A stretch of 64,000 nt of DNA from a virus: IMG/VR virus record IMGVR_UViG_3300049491_000419, positions 1-64,000 of that record; one strand, written 5' to 3'. Position 1 is the first letter of the stretch, and each line of letters begins with the position of its first letter. Both the position numbers and the translations under genes were made by a program. Below, piece by piece: positions 37,027-47,629 of the stretch. The notes under the pieces were generated by a model. It was given only the letters and a program-made list of their open reading frames with translations. It was not told the DNA's origin and did no database searches.

Positions 37027-39393
37027 TTAAGCGGGGAATTTTTTATCACATCCATTAGGATCAACATTATTCACAATCATTGTGATAATGTTTGGACCAC
37101 GACGTGCAACTTGTGTAAACCATTTTGAATCTCTCAACGACTGGCCTGCAAGATTATAGTCACCAGTTTTCATGCCGGCAATAAATCTTTTGAATTTAGA
37201 AAGTCTTCCTTCGCCAAGGTTGTAACAAAGATCAGCGCATGCACGTTTACGGATATCGGTTAGGTCACCCCAGACATCTGTACCGATAAGTCGCATTGCA
37301 CCCGAGATAGAAATAGCCGCATCTTGTTCAAACCATTGTGACACTTGATCAGCTGTGATCGCAGTCGGTATTGGATATTTTGTTATTTCGTTTGAACGCA
37401 ATAGGTGGCCAATACCACCTGTCGGTAAACCAACGCTATCAAGATATGAAACATATTTAACACCCTCGTGTATCTTAAGCTGGCATTGATATGCTGACAT
37501 GTTGAAGTCTTTTGTAACTGCACTCTCAATTGCCGGTGTTGGTGGAATGTCGGTATTGTTTGCACCCGGCGTTGTATTTGTAGGTGGAGATGCTGCTGGT
37601 TCATTACCTGCACCACCCGAACCTTCATAGGTTTTCGAACCTTCATTTTGTGTTGGTGTGTACCCTGTGATAGATTTGAATGAGAATGTTTCGTGTTCCG
37701 GACATGGCTCATACGTAGGTAAGGTGCTAACAGTAGTATTCAATGATTGAGAATTTCTTTTGAATTTAGATTCAGCATCGGCCCAGGTTGCTAGAATATT
37801 AATCTTTTCGGTTACTTGTTTAATTTCAGCGGCTGTTGCAGCGGTTGCATCAGTCGCAGGTGAAGCTGAATTAGCAGTCTTTGGAGGCCCAACTGGGCCT
37901 GGTGCACCAAGGCTAACAGAAGTACCAATAATCGCGCCACCTGCAACACCCAACAATCCGTTAATACCGGCATCACCCTGGATGTTTGCTGCACCAGAGA
38001 TATCAACATCTCCCTGCACAACTAAGTCCGAAGTAGTGATGTTTACGGTACCGGAGATTGTCTCCTTAACAGTATCAGCGGTAAGGTTGTATTCAGCAGC
38101 TTGCAATACAATATTGCCTGTTGCGTGATAGTTTTGATTTCCTGTAGTGGTTACGTCATAATCGCCGGTAACAAGGACATCGCCATTTCCGGATACAGTG
38201 ATAAACATATTACGACCGACAGTCAGATTATAATCTCGCTTCACAGAGTTAAATGAATCTTGAGTTACTGTGGTGTGCATATTATTCAACGCTTGCATAA
38301 CAATATTGCCGCCTTGACCTGCACCTTCGCCTACATACTTGTAATATGGCAGGTTAGTTACTGGCTTAGGAACATTATTCACATCATATGTAAACGATGT
38401 TGTTGATGCTGTTGTATCCTTGGCTGCCTTCATATAGATATTTTGGCCGGCCTCAATATTGATGTTTCTGTCTGCACGCAAGTTAATGTCTTGTTGTGCT
38501 CTCATAGAAATATTTGTTGCGCCAAAAATATCAATATTTCCCTTTTGGTCCATCTGTACCCATGCAGAACCATCGCGGTTGATTAGATATACAAAGCCAT
38601 TGGTTTCATCCAATCTAATCTGCGCACCAGTCTTGGTAGTCAATTGAACATATTCAGAACCTGTCTCATCATCCATAATAAATGATGATCCGCCTTTTCT
38701 TCTAATATTCGCCGGTGATACATTTTCATCAATGACTGGCCCAGGAGTGATAATACCGAACACACGGCTCGGCGATTCTCTTCTTGCACTTGCAGAAGTT
38801 GTACCACGACCCTGATCATTAATGAGGCCTTGATTTCCTAAACCTTTAAATTTAGTTGCCTCATATGGTTTGATAGTTCGGTCCGGGTTGGTAACCTTTA
38901 GATCCCACTTATTGTATTCGGCAACAGGAATAATTTTTCCGGCATACTGGTAGTTACTAGGGCTTGCAGCCATACCGGGAACCATATTATTCATGAATTG
39001 GTTATATAGGCAACCGATCCAAAAACCTCTTGCTGGGTCACCGTTGACAAATACAACAAGAACTTGATTATTAATGTCTGGAGGAACCATCCACATTCCG
39101 TAGGAGGTTTGTGTGCCTTCGAAGGTTTGTTGATTCGCTTTACTAATTGTTTCAACATTAGTTGCGCCCGCAAATGGAGAACAATAGCTAACAATCATCC
39201 AGCCCTGTTCTTCTTCTGGGGCAGAACCTAGTTCCGGGATCCATACACGTAATCTACCGTTACGCTGAACGTCCGAAACATCCTTAACGAAGCCGACCAT
39301 AACCCCATTGAGCAGAGACATTCTGCCAATAGGTTTTTGTAGTTCATTTGATGTAGGAGAAACTGTTCTCGTATTTGTGTCAATATATGGCAT
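37027..39393 (-). CDS. gp5: baseplate central spike (gp5-like): OB-fold, beta-helix and C-terminal T4-type (GH24) lysozyme
   Basis: D...GRLRVWIP, GMWMVPPD; beta-helix repeats; HEG....YLDSVGLPTGGIGHL...SKWF.QV..R. Confidence 0.85.
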   Translation of the reverse strand: MPYIDTNTRTVSPTSNELQKPIGRMSLLNGVMVGFVKDVSDVQRNGRLRVWIPELGSAPEEEQGWMIVSYCSPFAGATNVETISKANQQTFEGTQTSYGMWMVPPDINNQVLVVFVNGDPARGFWIGCLYNQFMNNMVPGMAASPSNYQYAGKIIPVAEYNKWDLKVTNPDRTIKPYEATKFKGLGNQGLINDQGRGTTSASARRESPSRVFGIITPGPVIDENVSPANIRRKGGSSFIMDDETGSEYVQLTTKTGAQIRLDETNGFVYLINRDGSAWVQMDQKGNIDIFGATNISMRAQQDINLRADRNINIEAGQNIYMKAAKDTTASTTSFTYDVNNVPKPVTNLPYYKYVGEGAGQGGNIVMQALNNMHTTVTQDSFNSVKRDYNLTVGRNMFITVSGNGDVLVTGDYDVTTTGNQNYHATGNIVLQAAEYNLTADTVKETISGTVNITTSDLVVQGDVDISGAANIQGDAGINGLLGVAGGAIIGTSVSLGAPGPVGPPKTANSASPATDATAATAAEIKQVTEKINILATWADAESKFKRNSQSLNTTVSTLPTYEPCPEHETFSFKSITGYTPTQNEGSKTYEGSGGAGNEPAASPPTNTTPGANNTDIPPTPAIESAVTKDFNMSAYQCQLKIHEGVKYVSYLDSVGLPTGGIGHLLRSNEITKYPIPTAITADQVSQWFEQDAAISISGAMRLIGTDVWGDLTDIRKRACADLCYNLGEGRLSKFKRFIAGMKTGDYNLAGQSLRDSKWFTQVARRGPNIITMIVNNVDPNGCDKKFPA

Positions 39394-39396
39394 TCA

Positions 39397-42066
39397 TTAT
39401 CCGCCGGTAAATTTTGATGGTAGGCCTGCCAAAATACTAGGTACAGATGTTGGAATGTTAGAACCTAAGTTCGGTCCCTTAAATTGTACACCCTGTCTAA
39501 TTGCAATTTCGGCAGCGTTTAATTGTGGATTCAAATAGCTCTGCACACCCGGAATATCAACCTTACCCATAATTCTCGGCTTGATGCTGAAATCCTTAAC
39601 TAATGATGTATCAGCAACCAGGGATTCCGGAGATGCAGGTATGTCTCGTGTCTTATTATTTGTTTCAATTTCTTCCATGAAGTTTAGGATATTGATATTA
39701 TAATCCATTAAGCATTGCAATTCTTGGTGGAACTTACCTGCCTCAAACTTACTGGTAATACTTACCACCTTGAAGACTCCGCTAAATGTTTCAACATCAG
39801 TTAGTGCATTTGTATCATCAGGCAATGTGCTGCCAATATCAAATACTCTAGGAGTTCTAAATCTAACAATAATGAAGTTATCTGTGCCGGTAATGTTAAC
39901 AGCATCTTTCAATTGGAAATGGGCGCGCTTGATCCACTCAAAAGCTTCTGCATCGGGTTTTAGAGAATTGTAAAGTCTTGCGGTACCGTCAATTGTGGGC
40001 TGTGGGAATAACCAAAACGGATCACCCTTGATATTCAAACTAATCTTGGCAAATGATACATCTTGCGTGCTGTGCATCGCTACAGAGAAAATGCTAGAGA
40101 GTTTCTGAATACCGGAGTTACTGCTCGATTCAATGCCTGCTCCAATCTGGCGTTGTTGCATACTATCAATCCTTGCAACCGGTCTTAGTTTACCCTTAAT
40201 ACCCTTAACATAATCATTATATGCTTGTTTGGCATCTGCACCGCCGGGATTTACATCAGAAATAAATCTAAGATTTTGATCTGTAGTTTTATCCTTAATT
40301 GGTGTTGCAATACTCTGGGCCCTTAGACGTTGTCTTGCCAGAACACCATCCTGGTCAATGCCACCCACTGCTTGGGCGGATTTTGCAAAATTTGTCCAAC
40401 TTTCTGGCTTAGCATTTTCTAATAGCTTTGTATATCTTTCTTTTGCACCAGGTGGCAAGGTGGCAGTATTAATAGCCTCCTGAGCTTCTTTATATGCTGC
40501 CTTACTTGCAACCGACCCAGAATCATTGCTGTGTTGAAACTTAATAGCACTAGAAAGTTTTTCTGTTACAGAACCCTCATCATAGGAATGGTTGTGAGTT
40601 ACAACACCCTTATCTGCCATTGCAGCATTATAATAAATTCCACCCATGCGTGCTGTAGCAGATGCAAATGCATTATTAATTCTAATATCGAAATTAATAA
40701 TCTGATCATTAAGTCCGGTAAAGATATAATTGTACTTCTTCTTCAGAATTGCCTTCTTAACATAAGTTTCAAGTCTGCGTCTCTCAGCCTCAATTGTCTT
40801 GTCTCCCGCACTATCCTGGAATGTATTTGTATCGAGAACACCAATATCGTACTGCACAACAAAGATAGTAAATTCGCGTGCGTAATTGTTTTGTCTTGGG
40901 TCAAATTTTATTGGGCGCGATTCAGTAATAATTCTCCAGAATTTTTTCATCTGGCTTACTTGATCATTCATTGTCTTGCCATTGGCCCCGGGGGTATTGG
41001 AGTTTTTAATCAACTCTTGATACTCTGGTGTTTGAGCTAATAATGTATCGATAATCTTGTCTACTGATGTTCCTGAGACAAACGATGCATTCTTACCATC
41101 AAATTTAACAGTGTCATCATTACGCACTGAGTCTGTATTGTGATCCGACGGAGTAACTCTGTATTTTGCAATAATTGGATCTACCTTAATCTGGTACGTA
41201 TCCGGAATACTTGCATTATCGATTAATCTATAGATTTGGTCTTCGTTAATACGTTGCTGCAATTTTGCCATTGCATCGTCAACTGTTGATAAGCCTTCAA
41301 GAACTGTTGTATGTTGCAATGTGAAGTATGCATTACTTTGTGCCAATTCATTATAGACAATTGCAGAAACTTCATACTTTGTACCGACCATTGTTACATT
41401 AGCCTTCATGTCGTTAAGCTTCAATGCCCACAGCCAACGGAGGTTTCCAATTGCACCAGGGGTGCCGGTATCTGCAGATGAATTTACTGGATCTCTGCCC
41501 TTAAACTGCAATTGCAGGTAGAATGGCATAACATTCCAGTTACCAATGCCTAGTGCCAAAGACTCGTAGAAAATCTTGTCAATAAGGCCTGCGCCAGCAG
41601 GTTCTGTAATATTGAATTTTACGTTTGTTGATGTTCCTGTTCCGCTGTCGACAGATGGAGTTGTAAGACTTTCAATAACCACACCATCGATAGTTAAGTC
41701 AGACACACCGGATTCAGCAATGATAATTTGCTTGTCTAAATTAAACACATCACCTGTGGCAGATGCATCAGGAGTAACAATGAATAGTTTCCAATGATAG
41801 GTTACAACATCATAGTTGTCTAGCAGATTTGGTATAAACGCTTCGTTGAGTTTGATTGGTCCAACATCAGTGTCTTGCGGTTTCTGTCCCGAAACAACAT
41901 AGTTGTTACCTTCGTGCGAATAGTTATTATCAGATCGTGCAAACGCAGAAGCAGCTAGTGCAGGTGCCGATGGCACTGTAGGCAGGTTTGCAATGTGGGG
42001 TTTTGGTCCTAGGACCTTACCACCACTTTCAAACACCTGTTTTGTAAATTGTCCTCCACCCGGCAT
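39397..42066 (-). CDS. baseplate hub / tail protein
   Basis: Lies between gp53-like and gp5-like genes; IKGDPFWL, FSGVFKV..I.SKF..GKF.Q.L motifs. Confidence 0.65.
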   Translation of the reverse strand: MPGGGQFTKQVFESGGKVLGPKPHIANLPTVPSAPALAASAFARSDNNYSHEGNNYVVSGQKPQDTDVGPIKLNEAFIPNLLDNYDVVTYHWKLFIVTPDASATGDVFNLDKQIIIAESGVSDLTIDGVVIESLTTPSVDSGTGTSTNVKFNITEPAGAGLIDKIFYESLALGIGNWNVMPFYLQLQFKGRDPVNSSADTGTPGAIGNLRWLWALKLNDMKANVTMVGTKYEVSAIVYNELAQSNAYFTLQHTTVLEGLSTVDDAMAKLQQRINEDQIYRLIDNASIPDTYQIKVDPIIAKYRVTPSDHNTDSVRNDDTVKFDGKNASFVSGTSVDKIIDTLLAQTPEYQELIKNSNTPGANGKTMNDQVSQMKKFWRIITESRPIKFDPRQNNYAREFTIFVVQYDIGVLDTNTFQDSAGDKTIEAERRRLETYVKKAILKKKYNYIFTGLNDQIINFDIRINNAFASATARMGGIYYNAAMADKGVVTHNHSYDEGSVTEKLSSAIKFQHSNDSGSVASKAAYKEAQEAINTATLPPGAKERYTKLLENAKPESWTNFAKSAQAVGGIDQDGVLARQRLRAQSIATPIKDKTTDQNLRFISDVNPGGADAKQAYNDYVKGIKGKLRPVARIDSMQQRQIGAGIESSSNSGIQKLSSIFSVAMHSTQDVSFAKISLNIKGDPFWLFPQPTIDGTARLYNSLKPDAEAFEWIKRAHFQLKDAVNITGTDNFIIVRFRTPRVFDIGSTLPDDTNALTDVETFSGVFKVVSITSKFEAGKFHQELQCLMDYNINILNFMEEIETNNKTRDIPASPESLVADTSLVKDFSIKPRIMGKVDIPGVQSYLNPQLNAAEIAIRQGVQFKGPNLGSNIPTSVPSILAGLPSKFTGG

Positions 42067-42067
42067 A

Positions 42068-42355
42068 TTATTGTTTCAAAATGTTAGCTGGAACAAAGAT
42101 TTCTAGTCCAGAGACAAAATCATTAATGGGGTCAATAATTAAGTCAGGGTTTCTAATGCAAAACACCCACCATAAGCGTGGTGTACCGTATTCTTGATTG
42201 CTCAGTAGATCTGGGCGTTGGTCAAATTCTGGAGGAATGATGATAATTTTATCAAAATCACTCTTTGGGACTTCTCTTGGAATCCATAGGTCTAAGTACC
42301 AATTCTTAACTGGCGTTAATAGGTATTGACTTGAGTCTTTTGAATTTGCAGCCAT
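42068..42355 (-). CDS. baseplate wedge subunit (gp53-like/LysM-like)
   Basis: RPDLLS...YG.P.LWWVF..RN. Confidence 0.75.
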   Translation of the reverse strand: MAANSKDSSQYLLTPVKNWYLDLWIPREVPKSDFDKIIIIPPEFDQRPDLLSNQEYGTPRLWWVFCIRNPDLIIDPINDFVSGLEIFVPANILKQ

Positions 42356-43035
42356 TAAATGTATCCATTATTGACAAGCTTGCCTGACCGAAAGTCATCA
42401 AGATTAAATTGATTTCTAAGTTGAATAGGAATATACTGAGTTTCTAATTCTAGGCTTACAGTCATATGTGTTGGAACCCACGTGAAGCCGCCGGAGTTTG
42501 CTGCAGGTAAACTCACACCCATATTTGCAGAATAGTTTAGGTTGTCTTTTGTATTAACTGGAACATAATCGATATTTGCTTCGTAACTATAGTCAAAATA
42601 CTTTACGACAACCGGAACGTTATTGAATTGATATTCTCCCAAGTAGTTAAACACCAGTGTTGGTGGCGGTGTACCTGCTTTGTTATACGGAGAAACACCA
42701 AAATAAGATTTCGTAACGGATCGGAAGAAGTGGATGACCGCTAATAAATATAGAGCTTCATCGTTCGACTGTGCTGTGAATTCCGCAGTAATGCTTATTG
42801 GTTTTGGATAAGACCTAACATAGGCATTGTAATTATAGTTTGAATGGATGAAGGGCGTATTGTCGTATTCAGTCACAGAACCAGTTGAAATTGCTGGAGT
42901 ATAAGGAAACAAAACACCACCCGTTTGATAAAGCGGAAATAAAATGTTTGAACTATTTCTGGGTCCAAGAATAGACAAGGACTCGGCTCTGCCGGATTTC
43001 GGTTGTAGACGGGCACGTTGATCTTGTTGTTCCAT
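42355..43035 (-). CDS. tail tube initiator / baseplate cap-like protein
   Basis: FPYTP.I, G.PPP...F...G, VPVVV; start reset to ATG 43035 after an AGGAG RBS. Confidence 0.65.
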   Translation of the reverse strand: MEQQDQRARLQPKSGRAESLSILGPRNSSNILFPLYQTGGVLFPYTPAISTGSVTEYDNTPFIHSNYNYNAYVRSYPKPISITAEFTAQSNDEALYLLAVIHFFRSVTKSYFGVSPYNKAGTPPPTLVFNYLGEYQFNNVPVVVKYFDYSYEANIDYVPVNTKDNLNYSANMGVSLPAANSGGFTWVPTHMTVSLELETQYIPIQLRNQFNLDDFRSGKLVNNGYI

Positions 43036-43097
43036 TAGAAGTTCTCCTATCTTCTTATTTATCAAGGTCATAAAGTGGGTTGTTTATCCTGATACCC

Positions 43098-43126
43098 TTG
43101 ACGAAATGCTCTGCGTGTGCTACAAT
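43098..43126 (+). promoter_or_regulatory. sigma70-type promoter for the late-sigma/gp47/gp46 operon
   Basis: TTGACG-N17-TACAAT with extended TG. Confidence 0.8.
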
Positions 43127-43155
43127 CTATGAAACCCTAACAGGAGAAGACATTA

Positions 43156-44091
43156 ATGTCCCCAAACCTAGACGAAGAAATCCTTATTGAAGACGAAGAT
43201 GGAGAAGAAGCACCGGAAGTTATTGAGGTGATTGCTCCTGTTAAGAAGATCAACTATCTTAACAATAAGGACATGCTTAAAGAGATTCACCGCAGTAAAA
43301 ATTCCTTCTGCGAATACATTGATCCAAAGTACAGTGACTACGATGTTATTGTAGAAACACTTCCGGAAATTTTTCTGCCAGAGACGCAAGAGAGGGGAAA
43401 GATTGCTCGTGCAGCAAGAATCGCTGCAATGGGTTACGAAGCTGCAATGGCTGCTAATCCAAACGTTTCAAAAGCAGACAAGCCAAAGCTTTCAGAATTC
43501 AAGATCAAGCCAGACACATTATCTGTTGATGATTTAGTGTTTCGTGTATTGACATTCGACCATATTCCACTTATGCCGGGACGTAAGAAGAATCCAAAGA
43601 GCGAAGCTGACAAGTATGTTAAGTTGAATTTCTATCCCTTCAAGCATTACATTATCGATCCTGTAGACGGCAAAGAAAAAGAAGTAGGCCGTTCACATTC
43701 AAAGGCAGGTAAGTTCAACCTAGAACGCGGCTCTATTACAAACAAGCTTGCAAAGATGTTCATCCTTATGGTGAACAAATATGCACAGCGTGGTAACTGG
43801 CGCGGTTACACATACCTAGACGAAATGAAGGGCCAGGCACTATTGCAATTAGCGCAAATGGGATTGCAATTTGACGAATACAAATCAGACAATCCATTCT
43901 CATATTACACAGCAAGCGTCTCAAACAGCTTTACCCGTGTTCTTAACTTAGAAAAGAAGAATCAAGATCTTCGTGACGACCTATTAATTGACAGTGGTGC
44001 AAGCCCAAGCTTCTCCCGTCAGCTAGCGGTAGAAGAAGAAATTCGTAGACTAAGAGAAGATGCAACGGATTCAGCGAAAGATGAACACTAA
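43156..44091 (+). CDS. gp55: late-transcription sigma factor (T4 gp55 family)
   Basis: YLNNKD, NWRGYTY.DEM, FDE.KS.NPFSYYT, EKK; upstream of gp47/gp46 as in T4-like phages. Confidence 0.85.
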   Translation: MSPNLDEEILIEDEDGEEAPEVIEVIAPVKKINYLNNKDMLKEIHRSKNSFCEYIDPKYSDYDVIVETLPEIFLPETQERGKIARAARIAAMGYEAAMAANPNVSKADKPKLSEFKIKPDTLSVDDLVFRVLTFDHIPLMPGRKKNPKSEADKYVKLNFYPFKHYIIDPVDGKEKEVGRSHSKAGKFNLERGSITNKLAKMFILMVNKYAQRGNWRGYTYLDEMKGQALLQLAQMGLQFDEYKSDNPFSYYTASVSNSFTRVLNLEKKNQDLRDDLLIDSGASPSFSRQLAVEEEIRRLREDATDSAKDEH

Positions 44092-45097
44092 TCTATTTGA
44101 TAAAACTGTAGTCTTTACAGATATTCATTTCGGCTTACGTCACAACTCTGCAGAGCACAATAAAGACTGTTTAGACTTTCTTGATTGGCTCATTGCAGAG
44201 GCGCGTAAATATGGCGCCGAAACCTGTATCTTTATGGGTGATTGGCACCACCATCGTTCGAATATTAATATTCTAACGCTTGACTACACTATGCAAGCGT
44301 TGAGGAAACTCAACGCTGCATTTAAAAAATGCTATGTCATGGTAGGCAACCACGATCTCTTCTATAGAGAAAAGCGTGATATCCACTCCATGGTTGTAGG
44401 TAGCGAATTCCCAAACATTGTGTTGGTCGATGCTCCTATGGTCGAGGGTGATGTCGGGCTAATTCCTTGGCTTGTTGAGGACGAATGGAAAGATGTAACC
44501 GACATTAAAACAAAGTACATCTTCGGCCATTTGGAGCTACCAGGCTTTAAGATGAATGCAATGGTGGAGATGCCCGACCATGGCACACTTAATGCTGATC
44601 ATTTCAGACATCAAGATATAGTGTTTTCCGGTCACTTCCACAAGCGTCAAACAAAGGGTAAGATCAATTACATTGGTAATCCCTTTGGTCACAACTATTC
44701 AGACGTATGGGATTTTGAACGTGGTGGCATGTTTTTAGAATGGGGCAAGGAACCTGTGTTTCTAGATTACACAGATGGTCCTCGTTTCATTACTATCAAC
44801 CTGACTGCATTGCTTGAGAATCCAGATCTCTATCTAAAACCAAAAACATATCTTCAAGTTACCCTTGATGCTAACATTACATACGAAGAAGCAAGCTTCT
44901 TGCGTGAGACATTTCTATCTCAATACAATGTTAGAGAATTCAAACTCGTTAAGAACCAAGACGACGAGCTATCAAAGGATTACGCCGGAGACATAACATT
45001 CAAAACAGTTGACCAAATTGTTGTCGAACAATTAACTAATATCGAAAGTGACTCATTCGATACTAAGTTGCTGATTGAAATTTATAATGGACTCTAA
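44081..45097 (+). CDS. gp47: recombination endonuclease subunit (Mre11/SbcD-like)
   Basis: TDIHFG, GDWHH, GNHD, GHLE, SGHFH. Confidence 0.92.
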   Translation: MNTNLFDKTVVFTDIHFGLRHNSAEHNKDCLDFLDWLIAEARKYGAETCIFMGDWHHHRSNINILTLDYTMQALRKLNAAFKKCYVMVGNHDLFYREKRDIHSMVVGSEFPNIVLVDAPMVEGDVGLIPWLVEDEWKDVTDIKTKYIFGHLELPGFKMNAMVEMPDHGTLNADHFRHQDIVFSGHFHKRQTKGKINYIGNPFGHNYSDVWDFERGGMFLEWGKEPVFLDYTDGPRFITINLTALLENPDLYLKPKTYLQVTLDANITYEEASFLRETFLSQYNVREFKLVKNQDDELSKDYAGDITFKTVDQIVVEQLTNIESDSFDTKLLIEIYNGL

Positions 45098-45100
45098 TAC

Positions 45101-46888
45101 ATGCTGAATCTGAAAGGTCTAACAATTAAAAACTTCATGAGTATCGGCAACGTTACTCAGTCGGTGAATTTCACTGAGAATGATCTAGTCCTTGTGCTTG
45201 GCGAAAACCTAGACTTGGGCGGAAATGATAATAGAAACGGTGTTGGTAAATCTACAATTGTGAACGCACTAAGCTATGCTTTGTATGGTGGTGCTCTAAC
45301 TAACATCAAGAAAGATAATCTAATCAATAAGACTAATATGAAACACATGTTAGTCACGTTATCCTTTGAGGTTAACAATGTTGAATACAGAGTTGAGCGT
45401 GGACGCAAGCCCGGTATCTTCAAGTTTATCAAAGATGGTGTTGAGAAAGATACCGGTGAAGATGAATCGCAGGGTGAAGGTAGACACACCCAAGAAGAAA
45501 TTGAAAGAATTATAGGAATTTCGCATGATATGTTTAAGCATATCTTGGCGTTGAATACCTATGTTGAACCATTTCTTGCTTTAAGGACAAATGATGCACG
45601 GGCCATCATTGAACAATTACTGGGCATAACAAAGCTATCAGAAAAAGCTGACAAACTTAAAGAGGAATCAAAGACTACACGTGACGAAATTAAAGAGGAA
45701 GAGTTTCGTATTTCGGCAGCCACCGAGGCAAACAAACGTATAGAACAGAATATCTTGGGCCTTGAGTCAAAGTCGTCCTTCTGGGACCGTGCTAAGGCGC
45801 AAAAAATAGAGAAGCTACAGAAGTCTATCCTAGAGATGCTTGCGGTAGATATTGATTCTGAAATTTCTCTACACAAGTCTAAGAAAGAGATTGAGGATTT
45901 AGCTGCCGAATATCGTTCCCTGACAAAAGAGCTTTCGGGGTTAGACAAAGAGGTTAGCGAAATCAATCGCATTAAGGTTCGTCTAGAAAAGAATCTTAAC
46001 AGTTATTCTGCTGACATTTGCCCTAAGTGTAATCAGCCTATGGATGCTGAGACTCATAAAAAGTTACATGACGAAGATTTAGCCGACCACGTTGACGCCA
46101 TAACAAGGCTGACTGATAAGGAAACAAAACGCAATGAAGTTAAGACTCTTGCCGAGTCGGTAGCTTCTATTATCCCAGCAGTACCAGCAACTTTCTACAG
46201 CACACTTGATGAGGCATATAACCACAAGTCGACTCTTGATACCTTAGGAAATAACCTAAGCCTTGAACTTGATTCTGTTAATCCCTTTGTTGACCAAATA
46301 GAGGCTCTAAAGAGGGACGGATTGCAGGTTATTGACTTCGCGAAGTTAAATACACTGGTGAAGTTGCGTGACCATCAGGAGTTCTTAAATAAACTTTTGA
46401 CGAGCAAGGACAGCTTCATCCGCAAGAAGATCATTGACCAGAATTTAGCATTTCTGAATCACCGACTAGCACACTATCTTGCGGATATCGGATTACCCCA
46501 TTCTGTAAAGTTCAAGTCTGACCTAGACGTTGAAATTACAATGTATGGTAAGGAGTTTGACTTTGATAATTTAAGTCGAGGTGAAAGGACAAGATTGATC
46601 TTGTCCTTGTCTTGGTCTTTTAGAGATGTTTTTGAATCCATGAATGATAAAATCAATTTGCTCTTTATCGACGAGCTTATTGATTCTGGGCTAGACTCGA
46701 GTGGTGTTGAGGCTGCCCTTGCAATCTTGAAGAAGATGGGAAGGGAGAACAAGAGAAACATTTTCTTAATTAGCCATAGAGACGAATTGATTGGGCGTGT
46801 ATCTAATGTACTAAAGGTTATCAAGGAAGGTGGATTTACAAGCCTAGAGACTAACGATACTCTTGACACGCAAAGAGTGTCAAGCTAA
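45101..46888 (+). CDS. gp46: recombination ATPase subunit (Rad50/SbcC-like)
   Basis: NGVGKS Walker A, CPKC zinc hook, LSRGE signature, LFIDE, ISH. Confidence 0.95.
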   Translation: MLNLKGLTIKNFMSIGNVTQSVNFTENDLVLVLGENLDLGGNDNRNGVGKSTIVNALSYALYGGALTNIKKDNLINKTNMKHMLVTLSFEVNNVEYRVERGRKPGIFKFIKDGVEKDTGEDESQGEGRHTQEEIERIIGISHDMFKHILALNTYVEPFLALRTNDARAIIEQLLGITKLSEKADKLKEESKTTRDEIKEEEFRISAATEANKRIEQNILGLESKSSFWDRAKAQKIEKLQKSILEMLAVDIDSEISLHKSKKEIEDLAAEYRSLTKELSGLDKEVSEINRIKVRLEKNLNSYSADICPKCNQPMDAETHKKLHDEDLADHVDAITRLTDKETKRNEVKTLAESVASIIPAVPATFYSTLDEAYNHKSTLDTLGNNLSLELDSVNPFVDQIEALKRDGLQVIDFAKLNTLVKLRDHQEFLNKLLTSKDSFIRKKIIDQNLAFLNHRLAHYLADIGLPHSVKFKSDLDVEITMYGKEFDFDNLSRGERTRLILSLSWSFRDVFESMNDKINLLFIDELIDSGLDSSGVEAALAILKKMGRENKRNIFLISHRDELIGRVSNVLKVIKEGGFTSLETNDTLDTQRVSS

Positions 46889-46891
46889 ACT
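46862..46891 (+). promoter_or_regulatory. sigma70-type promoter within an 8-bp inverted repeat
   Basis: CTTGACAC-N7-GTGTCAAG; TTGACA-N17-TAAACT. Confidence 0.65.
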
Positions 46892-46918
46892 AGAACTTCA
46901 ATAATAAGAAAGGATTTT

Positions 46919-47629
46919 ATGGCTACACAAGATGGAAATATTGCATATGATATGTTATTTGTTGATGAATTTTATCATCACGCATATCCCGATGGCACTG
47001 ATGAACATAAAAGTTTCTATGTAGATACAGTTCTTCGCGGTGAAATACAAATATCTACATTCATTGAAAATGCCATTGCAAAGGCTGGTGGCCTTGAAAG
47101 AAACAGTAAGTTTGCAATGGATTTAGATGATGGTTCGGAGGTTAAGAGCGCTGTAAGCTCATACAGAAACAATCACGTTATTAAGGGTCAATGGATGCAT
47201 ACTTATGAAATAAGTAATGTTCATACAAAGACCGGACCATTAAGAATTGTTGGGTATAACAAGATTATCAAAAAGTTTGAGTTTTATTTTATACCTAATT
47301 CTGCATTTTCACATCTAAAGGGAGTTCTAACACTGCCGATAGAAACATATAGTGGATATTATGCATCATTGGGTATGTCTCCAACTTTTACAGGGGTTCG
47401 AACTAGCGATAGCAAATGGCATCAATATCAAGTGGCTGATTTTATCACAATGTGCAAGATGCGAGCACCGACTCCACCGAATATTTCTTTACCAGTTGTT
47501 GATTCTGACATTTTGACCAAAAATGATCCCATTCCACAAAACGCCATCCCTTATAGTCAATACATCGAGTGGTTAAAAACTCGAGATTCTCAGGAAACAC
47601 CACCCACTGACCCTTGCGTGATATCTTAA
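46919..47629 (+). CDS. hypothetical protein, possible PD-(D/E)xK nuclease
   Basis: E...AK....D..DGSEVK motif, FYFIP; AAGGA RBS. Confidence 0.5.
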   Translation: MATQDGNIAYDMLFVDEFYHHAYPDGTDEHKSFYVDTVLRGEIQISTFIENAIAKAGGLERNSKFAMDLDDGSEVKSAVSSYRNNHVIKGQWMHTYEISNVHTKTGPLRIVGYNKIIKKFEFYFIPNSAFSHLKGVLTLPIETYSGYYASLGMSPTFTGVRTSDSKWHQYQVADFITMCKMRAPTPPNISLPVVDSDILTKNDPIPQNAIPYSQYIEWLKTRDSQETPPTDPCVIS

